Assembly: GCF_009914755.1 (NCBI RefSeq)
Contig: NC_060940.1
DNA from: the human T2T-CHM13v2.0 reference genome, Homo sapiens
Direction: 5' to 3' (one strand)
Length of the DNA stretch: 64,000 bases
Shown here: positions 13,236 to 25,500 of the stretch, piece after piece
Layout of the letters: each line of letters starts with the position of its first letter
Numbering within the stretch: position 1 is the stretch's first letter
The notes under the pieces: model-generated
What the model was told of the DNA's origin: nothing
What the model saw: only the letters and a program-made list of their open reading frames with translations
The model's database searches: none
Position numbers and translations under genes: made by a program

Positions 13236-13646
13236 CACCTTTAGGAAAAAAGTAATATAATAGACTTTTGGCTTGATGCCAGGAGGTCCTATTTGTATGA
13301 AGGAAAATGAGGACAAAAGACCTTGGTATATAAAACATTATTCCTACCTTGGCCTAAAACTCACTGTCACCTACCTTAAAGCTATTATGCTTAATTGCTA
13401 TTTTTAGATAATTTACTGTATTAAGACAACTCCAAGCTCAAAAATATGCTAACTGGTGACTTGTTAGCCACACAGAATTGTACCCAAAAACTTTCTAGAC
13501 CAACTCACTATAAAATTAAATTTTCTTTAGGTGTTCACATCGCCCCTAAGTCATGCCTGAGGCAGTCCTGAGAAACATCGCCCCTACCCCAATAATCCCC
13601 AGAAAAAAACTTATATTTTATCTTTTCTTACAACTATATATTTTAT

Positions 13647-13663
13647 AAATAAAAAGACAGGAA
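13647..13663 (+). promoter_or_regulatory. Polypurine tract of HERV-H
   Basis: AAATAAAAAGACAGGAA directly abuts the TG of the 3' LTR. Confidence 0.8.
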
Positions 13664-14131
13664 TGTCAGGTCTCTGAGCCGAGACTCAGCCATCATAACC
13701 CCTGCGACCTACACATAAATGTCCAGACAGCCTGTAGGAGCCAAGAAGTCTGGGGCAGCCAAAAAATCACAAAAGAAGTAAAACAGCCTGTTCCTGCCTT
13801 AACTGATTAACCAACATTCCACCATTCCACCATTATGACTTGTCCCTGCCCTACCTTAACTGATCAATCAACCTTGTAACATTCTTCTTCTGGACAATAA
13901 GTCTTATGATCCCCCCACCATGTACCTTGTGGCCCCTCCTCTGCTAACAATAGATAACCACATTTTACTGTAATTTTCCACTGCCTACCCAACTCCTATA
14001 AAGCAACCCCTTCCCCATCTCCCTTCACTGATACTCTTTTCATACTCAGCCCACTTGCACCCAAGTGAATAAACAGCCTTGTTGCTTACACAAAGCCTAT
14101 TGGTGGTCTCTTCACACAGATATGCTTGACA
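13664..14131 (+). mobile_element. 3' LTR, LTR7 family (LTR7C-like)
   Basis: TGTCAGG...CTTGACA; TATAAA at 13997-14002; AATAAA at 14068-14073. Confidence 0.9.
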
Positions 14132-16567
14132 GGTGTTGGCACCCTCAGACTGCTATGGTGTCTTGGGGCTGCTGGGACGGACCCTCACAGGGAGGTCCTG
14201 GGCTGTGGCAGGGGCGCAGGTGGGCAGGGGTTAAAATAAGGGTGGCCAGAGAGTCAGGGGTCGATTGGGAAACGCTGCAACAAGCGGGAGAAAGCGGGAA
14301 AGGAGCAGGAAGCCAAGATTCCCCAGCCCCTGGTCTCTCCCAGGCGGTTTCCCATGCAAGCACCAGGCAAACCCAACCCTGTTTAGCTTCCAGGATGGCG
14401 CACCCTCAGGCTGCTTTGGCACCTGTCGGCTGCGGACCCCCACGGGGAGATCCCCGGCTGCAGCGGGGGTTCAGGCAGGCGGGGGCTGGCACAGTGGGGC
14501 CAGAGAGTCAAGGGGCCATTGGAAAGCATTGCAGCAAGCTGGGAAAATTGGAAGGGAGCAGGAAGCCGAAAGCCTCCAGCCCCCAGTCTCCCCAGGCCGT
14601 CCCCCATCCAAGCCCGGTACAGACCCGACCCTTTTGAGCTTCCGGGCTGGGGCGTCCTCGGGCTGCTATGGCACCAGGGGACTGCCAGGAGAAGCATCCA
14701 TGGAAAGGTCCTGGGCCGCGGCAGGGGCGCAGGTTGGGGGAAAGGGGAGGCCAGAGAGTCCGGGGGTGGTTGGAAAGTGTTGCAGCATCAGGAGAAAGTG
14801 GGAAGGGAGTGAGAAGCCAAAAGCCTTCAGCCCCTGGTCTTCACAGGGGGTCCCCTATCCAAGACCCAGCCAGGCCCAGCCCTGCTTTTCTTACAGACTG
14901 GGGTGCCCTCAGGCTGCTATGGCCCCTGGGTGCTGCTGGGACGAACCCCAACAGGGAGATCCCAGGCCGCTTTGGAAGCGAAGGCGGGCGGGAAAGGGGG
15001 GCCAGAGATCCCGGGGACAGTTGAGAAGTGTTGCGACAAGCGGGGGAAAGCAGGAAGGAAGCAGGAAGCTAAAAGCCTGAAGCCCCCAGTCTCACCAGGT
15101 GGTCTCCCATCCAAGCCCCAACCAGGTCCAACCCTGCTTAGCTTCTGGGCTGGGGCGTCCTCAGGCTGCTATGGCACACTGGGGCAGCCAGGACCGACCG
15201 CCACGGAGAGGTCCCTAGCCGCGGCATGGGCGCAGGCAGGTGTGAAAGAGCGGGTCAGAGAGTTAGGGGGCAGTTTGGAAGCGAGGTGACAAGCAGAGGA
15301 AAGCAGGAAGGCAGCTAAAAGCCTCCAGGCCCCAGTCTCCCCAGGTAGTCTTCAATCCACTCCCCAGCCAGGCCTGACCCTGCTTAGCTTCCAGAATGTG
15401 GTGCCCTCAGGCTGCTATGGCACCCTGCTGGGGGCTGCCTGGCAGGCTTCCACGGGGAGGACAAGGTCCCGGCACAGGCACAGGCAGGCGGGAAAGAAGC
15501 AGCTAGAGAGTGAGGGGGCGGTTGGGAAGTGGGGGACAAGTGGGTAAAGCGAGAAGGGAGTGGGAAACTGAAGCCTCCAGCCCCCAGTCTCCCCAGGCTG
15601 TCCTCCCTCCAAGCCCCAGCCAGACCCGACCCTGCTTAGCTTCCGAACTGGGGTACCCTGAGGCTGTTATCACACCAGAGGCTGCCAGGGTGGGCCCCCA
15701 CAGGAAGGCCCCAGGCGGAGGGGGGCCCAGGAGAGAGGGAAAGGGGGAGCCAGAGAGTCAGGGGGCAGCTGGAAAGCGACAAGCGGGAAGGGAGCAGGAA
15801 GCCAAAAGCCTCCAGCCCCCTGTCTTCCCATTTGGCCCCCCATCTAAGCCCTAGCCAGCCTGAGCCTGCTTAGCTTTCCAGCTAGGGTGCCCTCAGGCTG
15901 CTGTGGCACCAGGGGCTGGCGGGATGGGTCCCACAGGAAGGCCCCGGGCCGTGGTGTGTGTGCAAGCGGGCAGGAAAGGGGGAGTTAGAGTCAGGGGTGG
16001 TTGGGAAGCGGGGCCACAAGTTGGGGGAAGCGGGAAGGGAACCAGAAGCCAAAAGTCTCCAGCCTCTGGTCTCCCCAGGTGGCCCACCATCCAAGTCACA
16101 CAGTCAGGCCCAACCCTACTTAGCTTCCGGGATGGGGTGACCTCAGGCTGCAATGGAACCTGGGCTGCCAGGGCGGGCCCCCAAGCGGAGACCATGGGGC
16201 ACCGCAGGGGTGGAGGCAAGCGGGAAATGGGGAGCCTGAGAGTCACCGGGCAGTTGGGAAGTGGGACCACAAGCAGGATAAAGTGGAAAGGGAGCAGGAA
16301 GCAAAAAGCCTCCAGCCGCTGGTCTCCCCATGCTGTCCCTCATCCAAGCTCCAGCCAGTCCTGACCCTACTTTACTTTCAAGCTGGGGCACCGTCAGGCT
16401 GATATGACACTGGGGGCTGCCAGGGCGGTCCAAGGGGGGCCCCGGGTCATGGCGGGGCACAGGCAGGTAAAAAGTGGGAGCCAGGGAATCAGTTGGCTGT
16501 TGGGAAGCGGGACCACAAACAGGGGAAAGTGAGAAGGGAGTGGGAAGCCAAAAGCCTCCAACCCTCT
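14132..16567. repeat. Gamma-satellite-like array, right block
   Basis: Same ~250-bp monomer and orientation as 1-4788. It ends abruptly at AAAGCCTCCAACCCTCT. Confidence 0.85.
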
Positions 16568-19500
16568 TAGGCCTTATAATGAAAGAGAATTTTGGCCAAC
16601 AGCAGGCAGTCTAATGATAAAGATATTTGTTCAACTCCAGGAATTCTAATGGAAGACACTCCTTGCCAACCACAGGAAGTCTAATGACAGACACCTGGGT
16701 GACCCCAGGCATTCTAATTGGAAAGACTCCAGGCTGACTCCTGGCATTCTAATGATATGGATACCTGGGCGACCCCAGGTATTCTAATGATACAGACACC
16801 TGGGCCACCCCAGGCATTCTAGTGGGAGAGAGTTCTTGCCGACCCCCAGCAGTCTAATGATAGAGACACCTGGGCCACCCAGTCATTCTAATGGGAGAGA
16901 CTCCTGTCTGACTCCAGACAGTCTAATGATGAAGACACCTGGGTGACCCCAGGCATTTTAATGGGACAGACTCTTGTATAACCCCTGGCAGTCAAAGAAT
17001 AGAGACACCTGGGCCACCTTAGGCATTCTAATGGGAGAGACTCATGCTGTACCCAGACAGTCTAATGATAGAAACACCTGGATGACGTCAGGCATTCTAA
17101 TAAGGGAGACTTGCTTATGACCCCAGGCAGTCTAATGGTAGAGACACCTTGGCAATTCCAGACATTCCAATAAGAGACTCCCAGATGATCCCAGGCATTC
17201 AAATGATACAGACACCTTGGCAACAACAGGCATTCTAATAGGAGAGACTCCCAGCTGAACCCAGGCATTGCAATGGAAGAGATTTCTGGCAAACCATAGG
17301 CAGTCTAAAAATAGAGACACCTTGGCAAACTGAGGCATTCTAATAGGAGAGACTCCCAGCTGAACCTAGGCATTCCAATGGAAGAGATTTCTGGCAAACC
17401 ATAGGCAGTCTAAAAATAGAGACACCTTGGCAAACTGAGGCATTCTAATAGGAGACACTCCTGGCCAACCCAAGGCAATGTAAGGATAAGGAGGATAAAG
17501 ACATCTGGTCGACCAGAGGCATTTTAATGGGAGCGACTCCCAGCTGACCCAGGCACTCTAATGATAAGTACACCAGGGGGACCTCAGGCATTCTAATGGG
17601 AGAGACTCCCAGCAGACCCTAGGTATTCAAATAAGAGACTCCAGGCCGACGCCAGGCAGTCTAAAGATAGACACACCTGGGTGACCTCAGTAATTCTAAT
17701 GGGAGAGACTACTGTTCGACCCCAGGCAGTTTAATTATAAAAACATTTATGTGACCCCAGACATTTTAATGGGAGATACCCCCGACCGACCCCAGGCAGT
17801 CTAATGATATAGACACCTGATCATTCTAATTGAAGAGACTACTGGCCAACCCCAGATATTCCAATAGAGAGACTCCTGGATGACCCCAGGCAGTCTAATG
17901 ATAGAGACAACTGTGCGACCCCAGGAATTCTTATGCCAGACACTCCCTGTCAACCCCAGGCAGTATAATGACAGAGAAAACTCGGCAACACAGGCATTTT
18001 AATAAGAGAGACTTCTGGCCAACCCCAGGAAGTCTAAGGAGACACCTTGGCAACCCCAGGTATTCTAATGGGAGAGACTCCTGGCCGACGCCAAGCATTC
18101 TAATAGGAGAGACACCTGGCAAACACCAAGCAGTCTAATTATAGAGGCACCTTGGCGACCCTAGGCATTATAATGGGATAGACTCCTGGCCGACCACAAG
18201 CAGTGTAATTATAGAGACTCCTGGGTGACCCCTGGCATTCTATTGGGAGAGACTCCCATCCGACACCAGGCATTTTAGTAATAGACACACAGGCGATCAC
18301 AGGCATTCTAATAACAGAGACTTCCGGCCAACCACAGGCATTCCAATTGGAGAGACTCTTGCCCTGTCTCAGGTAGTCTAATGATAGAGACACGTGGGCG
18401 ATATCAGGCATTCTAACGTGGGAGACTCCAGGCAGACCACAGGCAGCCTAATGATAGAGACACATGGGCAACCCCAGGCATTCTATCAAAAGAGAAAGCC
18501 AGCCGACCCCAGGCATTCTTAAGGGATAAATCCCAGGTGTCTAGAGACACCTGGCCGATCCCAGGCATTTTAATGGGAGAAACTCCTGACCGGCCCATGG
18601 CAGTCTAAAAATAGAGTCATATGGGCAACCACATGAATTCTAATGGGAGTGGCACCTGGCCCACCCAAGGCACTCTAATAATAGAGACACCTGGGGGACC
18701 CCAGGCATTGTAATGGGAGAGACTCCCGGCCCACCCCAGGAATTCTAATGGGAGAGACACCTGGCCGACCACAGGCAGTCTAACTATAGAAACCTGGTCG
18801 ACGCAAGGCATTCTAATGGGAGAGCATCCAGGCTGACCACACACAGTCTAATAATAAAGACTCCTGGGTGACCCCAGACATTCTAATGGGAGAGACTCCT
18901 GCTGACGCCAGGCTGTCTAATTACAGAGACACCTTGGAGACTTCAGGCTTTCTAATGGGAGAGACTCCCAGCTGACCCCAGGCAGTCTAATAATGGAGAC
19001 ATGTAAGTGACCCCAGCATTCTAATGGGAGAGATTTTCTCCTCAACCCAGGCAGTCTAAGGATAGAGAAACCTGGGCCACCCCAGGCATTCTAATGGGAG
19101 AGTTTTGGCTGACCCTAGGCAGTCTAATGATAGAGACACCTGGGTGAACCCAGACATTCTAGCGGGAGGAAATCCCTGTTGACCCCAGGCATTGTAATGA
19201 GAGAAACTCCTCGCTGACCACAGGCAGTCTACTTATAGAGACACCCGAGTGACTCCAGGCATTATAATGGGAGAGACTCCCAGTTGACCACAGGCAGTGT
19301 AATGACAGAGATACCTGATTGACCTTAACCATTCTAATGTTAGACACCCCCAGCGCATCATAGGCATTTTAATGAGAGAGATACCTGGGTGACCACAGGC
19401 TTTCTAATGGAGACATTGCAAGCCGACCCCAGACATTCTAATGAGAGAGGCTTCTGGCCAACCCCAGGCAGTCGAAGGATAAAGACACCTGGGCCACTGA

Positions 19501-22500
19501 AGGAATTGCAATGGAAGAGAATTACAGCTGATATTATGTAGTCTAACGATAAAGACACCTGGGTGACGTTAGGCATTCTAATGAGAAAGACTTCTGGCAG
19601 ACCCGACAGTTTAATAATAAAGACACCTGGGTGACTATGGGCATTCTGATGGGAGAGGATCCTGGCTGACCCCAGGCATTTAAATTATAGAGACACCAGG
19701 TGACCAAAGACATTCTAATGGGAGAGATTCCTGGCTGAACCCAAGCATTCTAATGAGAGAGACTCCTGGCCAACCCCAGCCAGTCTAAGGATAAAGACAC
19801 CTGGTTGACTCCAGGCATTCTAATGGAAGAGACTCTGTCCAACCCCAGGCAGTCTAATAATAGAGACACTTAAACGACTTTAGGCATTCTACTGAAAGAA
19901 ACTTCCAGTCAACCCCTGGCATTCTGATGATAGAGACACATTTGCAACCCAAGGCATGCTAATGGGAGAGACTCCAGGCCTACCCCAGGCAGTCTAACGA
20001 TAAGGACACTGGGGCATTCTAATGGGAGAGACTACCAGCCTACCCTCGGTATTCTAATGGGGAGACTCCTGGACGACACTATGCAAGTCTAATAATACAC
20101 ACAGCTGGCGACCCCAGGCATTTTAATGGGAGAGACTTCTGGCTAACCCCAGGCAATCTAATGATAGAGACACCTGTTTGACAGCAGGCATTCTAATGCC
20201 AGACACTCCAGGCCGAGCCCAGGCATTATAATGACAGAGACATATCTGCAACAACATGTATTTTAATGGGAGAAACTTCTGGCCAACCCCAGGCAGACTA
20301 ATAATAGAGACACCTGTGTGACTTCAGGCATTCTAATGGCTCCCAACTGACCAAAACCATTCTAATGATAGACACACCTGGGCGACAACAGGCATTCTAA
20401 TGAAAGAGACTGCTGGCCAATACCAGGCAGTCTAATAATATAGATAGCTTGGTGACCCCAGGAATTATAATGGAAGAAACTCCTGGTTGACCACAAGCCG
20501 TTCAATTATAGAGACATCTGGGCCACCCCAGGAAATCTACTTGGAGAGACTCCCATTCGATCCCAGGCATTCTAATGATAGATACATCTGAGAGAACACA
20601 GGCATTCTAATGGGAGAGTCTCCTGGCTGACCACAGGCATTTCAACTGGAGAGATTCCTGGCCAATCCCAGGCAGTCTAATGATAGAGACACTTGAGTGA
20701 ATCCAGACAACCTAATGAGAGCAAATCCCTGATGAAACCAGGCATTCTAAATGGATACAGTCCTCGCCGACCATAGGCAGCCTAATGATAGAGACACCTG
20801 GGCAGCCCCAGGGATTCTAATGGGAGAGACTCCTGGTCTACTGCAGGCAGCGTAATGACAGAGACACCTAAGTGACCCTAGGCTATCTAATGTGAGACAC
20901 CCCTCACATTATAGGCATTCTATACAATGTCTCACATCATGGGCATTCTAATAAGAGAGACTCCTGGCCAACCCCGGGCAATCTAAGGATAAAAACATCT
21001 TGGCAACCACAGGCATTGCAATGGAAAAGACTCATGGCCGACCCCAGGAAGTCTAATGATAGAAACACCTGGGTGACCCCAGGCATTCTAATTGGAGAGA
21101 CTTTTGGCTGGCCTCAGGCAGTCTAATGATAGAGACACCTGGGCAACCCCAGGCAGTCTAACGAGAAAGACAGATGGCAGACCCCAGGCATTCTAATAGG
21201 AAAGACTACTGGCCAAACCAGGCAGTCTAATGATAAAGACACATGAATGATTCCAGGAATTCCAATGCTAGAGACTCCTGACTGACCCCAAGCAGTCAAA
21301 TTATAGGAACATCTGGGCAACGCCAGGCATTCTAATGGGAGAGACTCCCAGCTGACCCCAGGAAGTCTAATGATAGAGACACCTGGGCGATCCCAGGCAT
21401 TTTAATAGGACAGGTTCCCAGCTAACACCAAGCATTCTAATAAAAGGGACTCCTGGCCAACCCCAGGCAGTCTAAGGATAGAGACACCTGGTTGACCCCA
21501 GGCATTCTAATAGGAGAGACTACAACTATTATTAGACCCCAGGCAGTCTAATAATAGAGAATGCTTTTTGCCACCAGGCATTCAATAGGAAGAGACTCCT
21601 GGCTGACTTCAGTTAGTCTAATAGAGACACATGGGCGACCCCAGGCATTCTAATAAAAGAGACTTTTGCCCGACCCAAATCATTCTAATAAGAGAGACTC
21701 CTTTGCAATCCAGGGCAGTCTAATAATAGAGACACCTGGGCAAACACTGGCATTCTAATGGAAGAGACACACAGCAAAACCCAGCCAGTCTAATGATAGA
21801 GACACCTGAGCAATTTCAGGCATTCTAATTAGAGAGACTCTAGGCCGACCCCAGACATTTTAATGATAGAGACAACTAGGAGACCCCAGGCATTCTAAAT
21901 GGAGATATTCCCGGGTGACCCAAGCAAGCCTAATAATGAAGACAACTGCGTGACCCCAGACATTCTAATGGGAGAGACCCTCAGCAAACTGCAGGCATTG
22001 TAGTGACAGGAATAACTGGGCGACCCCAGGCACTTAATAATAGAGACACCTAGGTGACTCTAGGCATTCCAATGGGAGAGACTTTCAGGTGACCCCAGCC
22101 ATTCTAATGAAAGAGACTCCTGACTTACTCCAGACGGTCTAATGATAGAGACACCTGGGCCACCCCAGGCATTTTAATAAGAGAGACTCCAAGCCAACCC
22201 CTGGCAGTCTAATGATAGAGATATCTAGGCAACCACAGGCATTTTAATGGGTGAGATTTTGGCCAACCCCAGACAGCCGAATATTAGAGACATTTGGGCG
22301 ACCCAGATATTCTAAAGGAAAAGACTTTCCAGCCACCCGAGGCATTCTAATGATAGAGGCACCTGGACAAACCCCGGCATTCTAGTGGGACATACTCCTG
22401 GCCAACACCAGGCATTCTACTAAGGCAAACTCTTGGCTGACCACAGGCAGTCTAAGCATACAGACATCTGGTCAACCCAAGGCATTCTAATAAGAGAGAC

Positions 22501-25500
22501 TCCTTGCTGATACTAGGCAGTTTAATTACAGAGACACATGGGCAACTCCAGGCATTTCAATGAAAGAGATTTCTGGCCAACCCCAGGTGTTCTAATGATA
22601 GAGACACCTGGATAACTCCAGGCATTCTAATGGGGGAGACTCCCTCCATCTCTAGGCAGTCTAATGATGGAGACACCTGAATTTCCACAGGCATTCTTAT
22701 GGGGCAAACTCCCAGCTAATGATAGGGACATCTGGGCAACCCCACACATTCTAGTGAGAGAAACTCCCGAATTACCCGAGGCGGTCTAATGATAAGGACA
22801 CCTGGGTGACCTCAGGCTTTCTAAGAGGAGAGACTCCTAAACCCAGGGTGTCTAATTACAGAGGCACCTGGACGACTGGAGGCATTCTAATGGGAGAGAT
22901 TCCTACCCAATCCCATGCAGTCTAATAATAAAGACACCCGGGCAATGCCAGACATTCTAATCTGAGAGACTCCCAGCTGATCCCAGGCATTCTAATGAGA
23001 GAGACCCCTGGCTGACCCCAGGTAGTCTAAGGATAGAGACACCTGGGTGACCCCAGGCATTCTAATGGGAAAGACTCCTGGTGCACCCCAGGCAGTCTAA
23101 TTATAGAGACATCTGGGGTACCCCAGGCATTCTAATGGGAGAGACTTTCGGCCAATCTCAAGCATTCTAATAGGAGAGACTCCTTGCTGATCCCAGCCGT
23201 CTAATAATAAAGACAAAGGGGTGAACGCTGGCATTGTACTGGAGAGACTTCTGGCCAACCCCAGACAGTCTAATTATAGAGACACCTGGGCAATTCCAGG
23301 CATTCGAATGGGAGACACTCCAGGTCGACCCCAGAGTTTCTAATGGTAGAGACACCTGGGAGAACTGAGGCATTCTAATGGGAGAGACTCCCATTCGATC
23401 CCATGCAGTCTAATAATAAAGTAACCTGGGCTACGCCAGACATTCTAATCTGAGAGACTCCTGGCCAACCCAAGGCATTCTAATGGTAGAGACCCCTGGC
23501 TGACCTCAGTTGCTCTAAAGATAGAGACATCTGGGTGACCACAGACATTCTAATGGGAGAGACTCCCACAGACCCCAGGCAGTGTAATCATAAAGACACC
23601 TTGGCCACCCCAGGCATTCTAATGATAGAGACACCTGGGTGAACCCATGCATTCTAATGGGAGTGACTCCCGGCTGCCCACAGGCAGTCTAAGGATAGAG
23701 ACACATGGGCTACCCCAGGCATTTTAATGGAAGAGACTCCTGGCCGACCCCAGGCAGTCTAATGATAGAGATACCTGGGTGAACCCAAGTATGATAATAG
23801 AAGTGACTGCCAGACAGCAACAGAGAGTCTAATTATGGAGACACATGGTTGACTGCAGACATTCTAATGGGAGAGATTACTGGCCAATCCCAGGGAGTCT
23901 GATGATAGAGACACCTTAGCAATGCCAGGCATTGTAATGGGAAAGACTTCAGGCTGACCCCACAAATTTTAATGATAGAGAAACCTGGGTGGCCCCAGGC
24001 ATTCTAATGGGAGAGACTCCTGGCAGACACCAGGCATTGTAATGGGCGAGACTCCTGACCTACCCCAACCACTCTAACTATAGAGACACCTGGGTGACAC
24101 CAGGCATTCAAAGGGGAGAGACTTCTGGCTGAGCACAGGCAGTATAATGATGGAGACACCTGCTCGACCTCAGGCATTCTAATAGGAGAGACTCCAGCCA
24201 ACCCCAGGCATTCTAATAATTGAGACACCCAGGTGACCCCCAGGTATTCTAACTGGACAGATTTGTGGTCCACTCCAGGCGTTCTAATGGGAAAAACTCC
24301 TGGCCAACCACAGGCAGTCTAGTTATAGAGACAACTTGGCAACCCCAGACATTCTAATGGGAGAGCCAGCTGGCCGACACATAGCATTCTAATTTTAGAG
24401 ACACCTAGGCGACTTTAGGCATTTCAATGAGTGAGTCCCTCTGCCAAACCCAGGCAGTCTAATGATAGAGACACCTGTGCGACAGCAGGCAGTCTAACGG
24501 CAGAGACTACTGGCTGACCCCAGGCAGTCTAATGATAGAAACACCTGGGCAACCATAGGCATTCTAATGGAAAAGACTCCTGGCTGACCCCAGGCATTCT
24601 AACGATACAAACACCAGGGTGATCTCAGGTATTCTAACAGGAGAAACTCCAGGCCAACAGGAATTTTAATGGAAGTAACTCCTTGCTGAACCCAAGCAGT
24701 GTAATTATAGAGATATCTGGGTAACCGTAGGCATTCTAATGGGAGAGAGTCCCAGCCGACCCCAGGCAGTCTAATAATAGAGACACCTGGGTGACCATGG
24801 GCATTCTAGTAATAGAGACACCGGGACGACCCAAGGCATTATAATGGAAGAGACTCTCAGCCAACCCCAGGTAGTCTTATAATAAAGACACCTGGGGGAC
24901 CCCAGGCATTCTAATGGGAGTGACACTCAGCTGACCTTAAGCATTCTAATGGTAGAGACCCTGGGCGACCCCAGGCATTCTAATGATAAAGACACTTGGG
25001 AGACTCTGGCATTTAAATGGGAGAGACTTCTGGTCATACCCAGGCATTCTTATGGGAGAAACTCCTGGCAAAACTTAAGCACTCTAAGTATAGAGACACC
25101 TGAGCGACCCCAGGCATTCTAATGGGAGAGATACCTGGCTGTCTAATTATAGAGACATCCGGAAGACCCTAGGCATTCTAATGGGAGATATCCCTTGCTG
25201 ACACAAGGCTTTCTAATGATTGAGAAACCTGGGCAACCCCAGGCATTCTAATTGGAGAGATTCCAGCCAACTACAGGCATTCCAATTTAAGAGACTCTTG
25301 GCCAATTCCAGGCAGTTTAATGATAGAGACACCTGGGCCACATCAGGCTTTCTAATGTGGGAGACTCCAGGCTGACCCCAGGAAGACTAATGATAGAGAT
25401 ACCTGGACAACTCCAGGCATTCTAATTGGAGAGACTCCTGGCTGGCCTCTGGCAGTCTAATGATAAAGACACCTGGCGACTTCAGGCATTCTAACAAAGT

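Larger units (their letters stand above)
4789..14131 (+). mobile_element. HERV-H provirus, near full length (LTR-gag-pro-pol-env-LTR), inactivated
   Basis: Two ~467-bp TG...CA LTRs, a His-type PBS, gammaretroviral gag/pro/pol/env remnants and a PPT. The satellite monomer resumes in phase on both sides. Confidence 0.95.

Noticed and set aside
4784-14137. Target-site duplication of the HERV-H
   Set aside because: The flanks GGGCTT and GGTGTT are compatible with a decayed TSD but are not identical, so I do not claim one.
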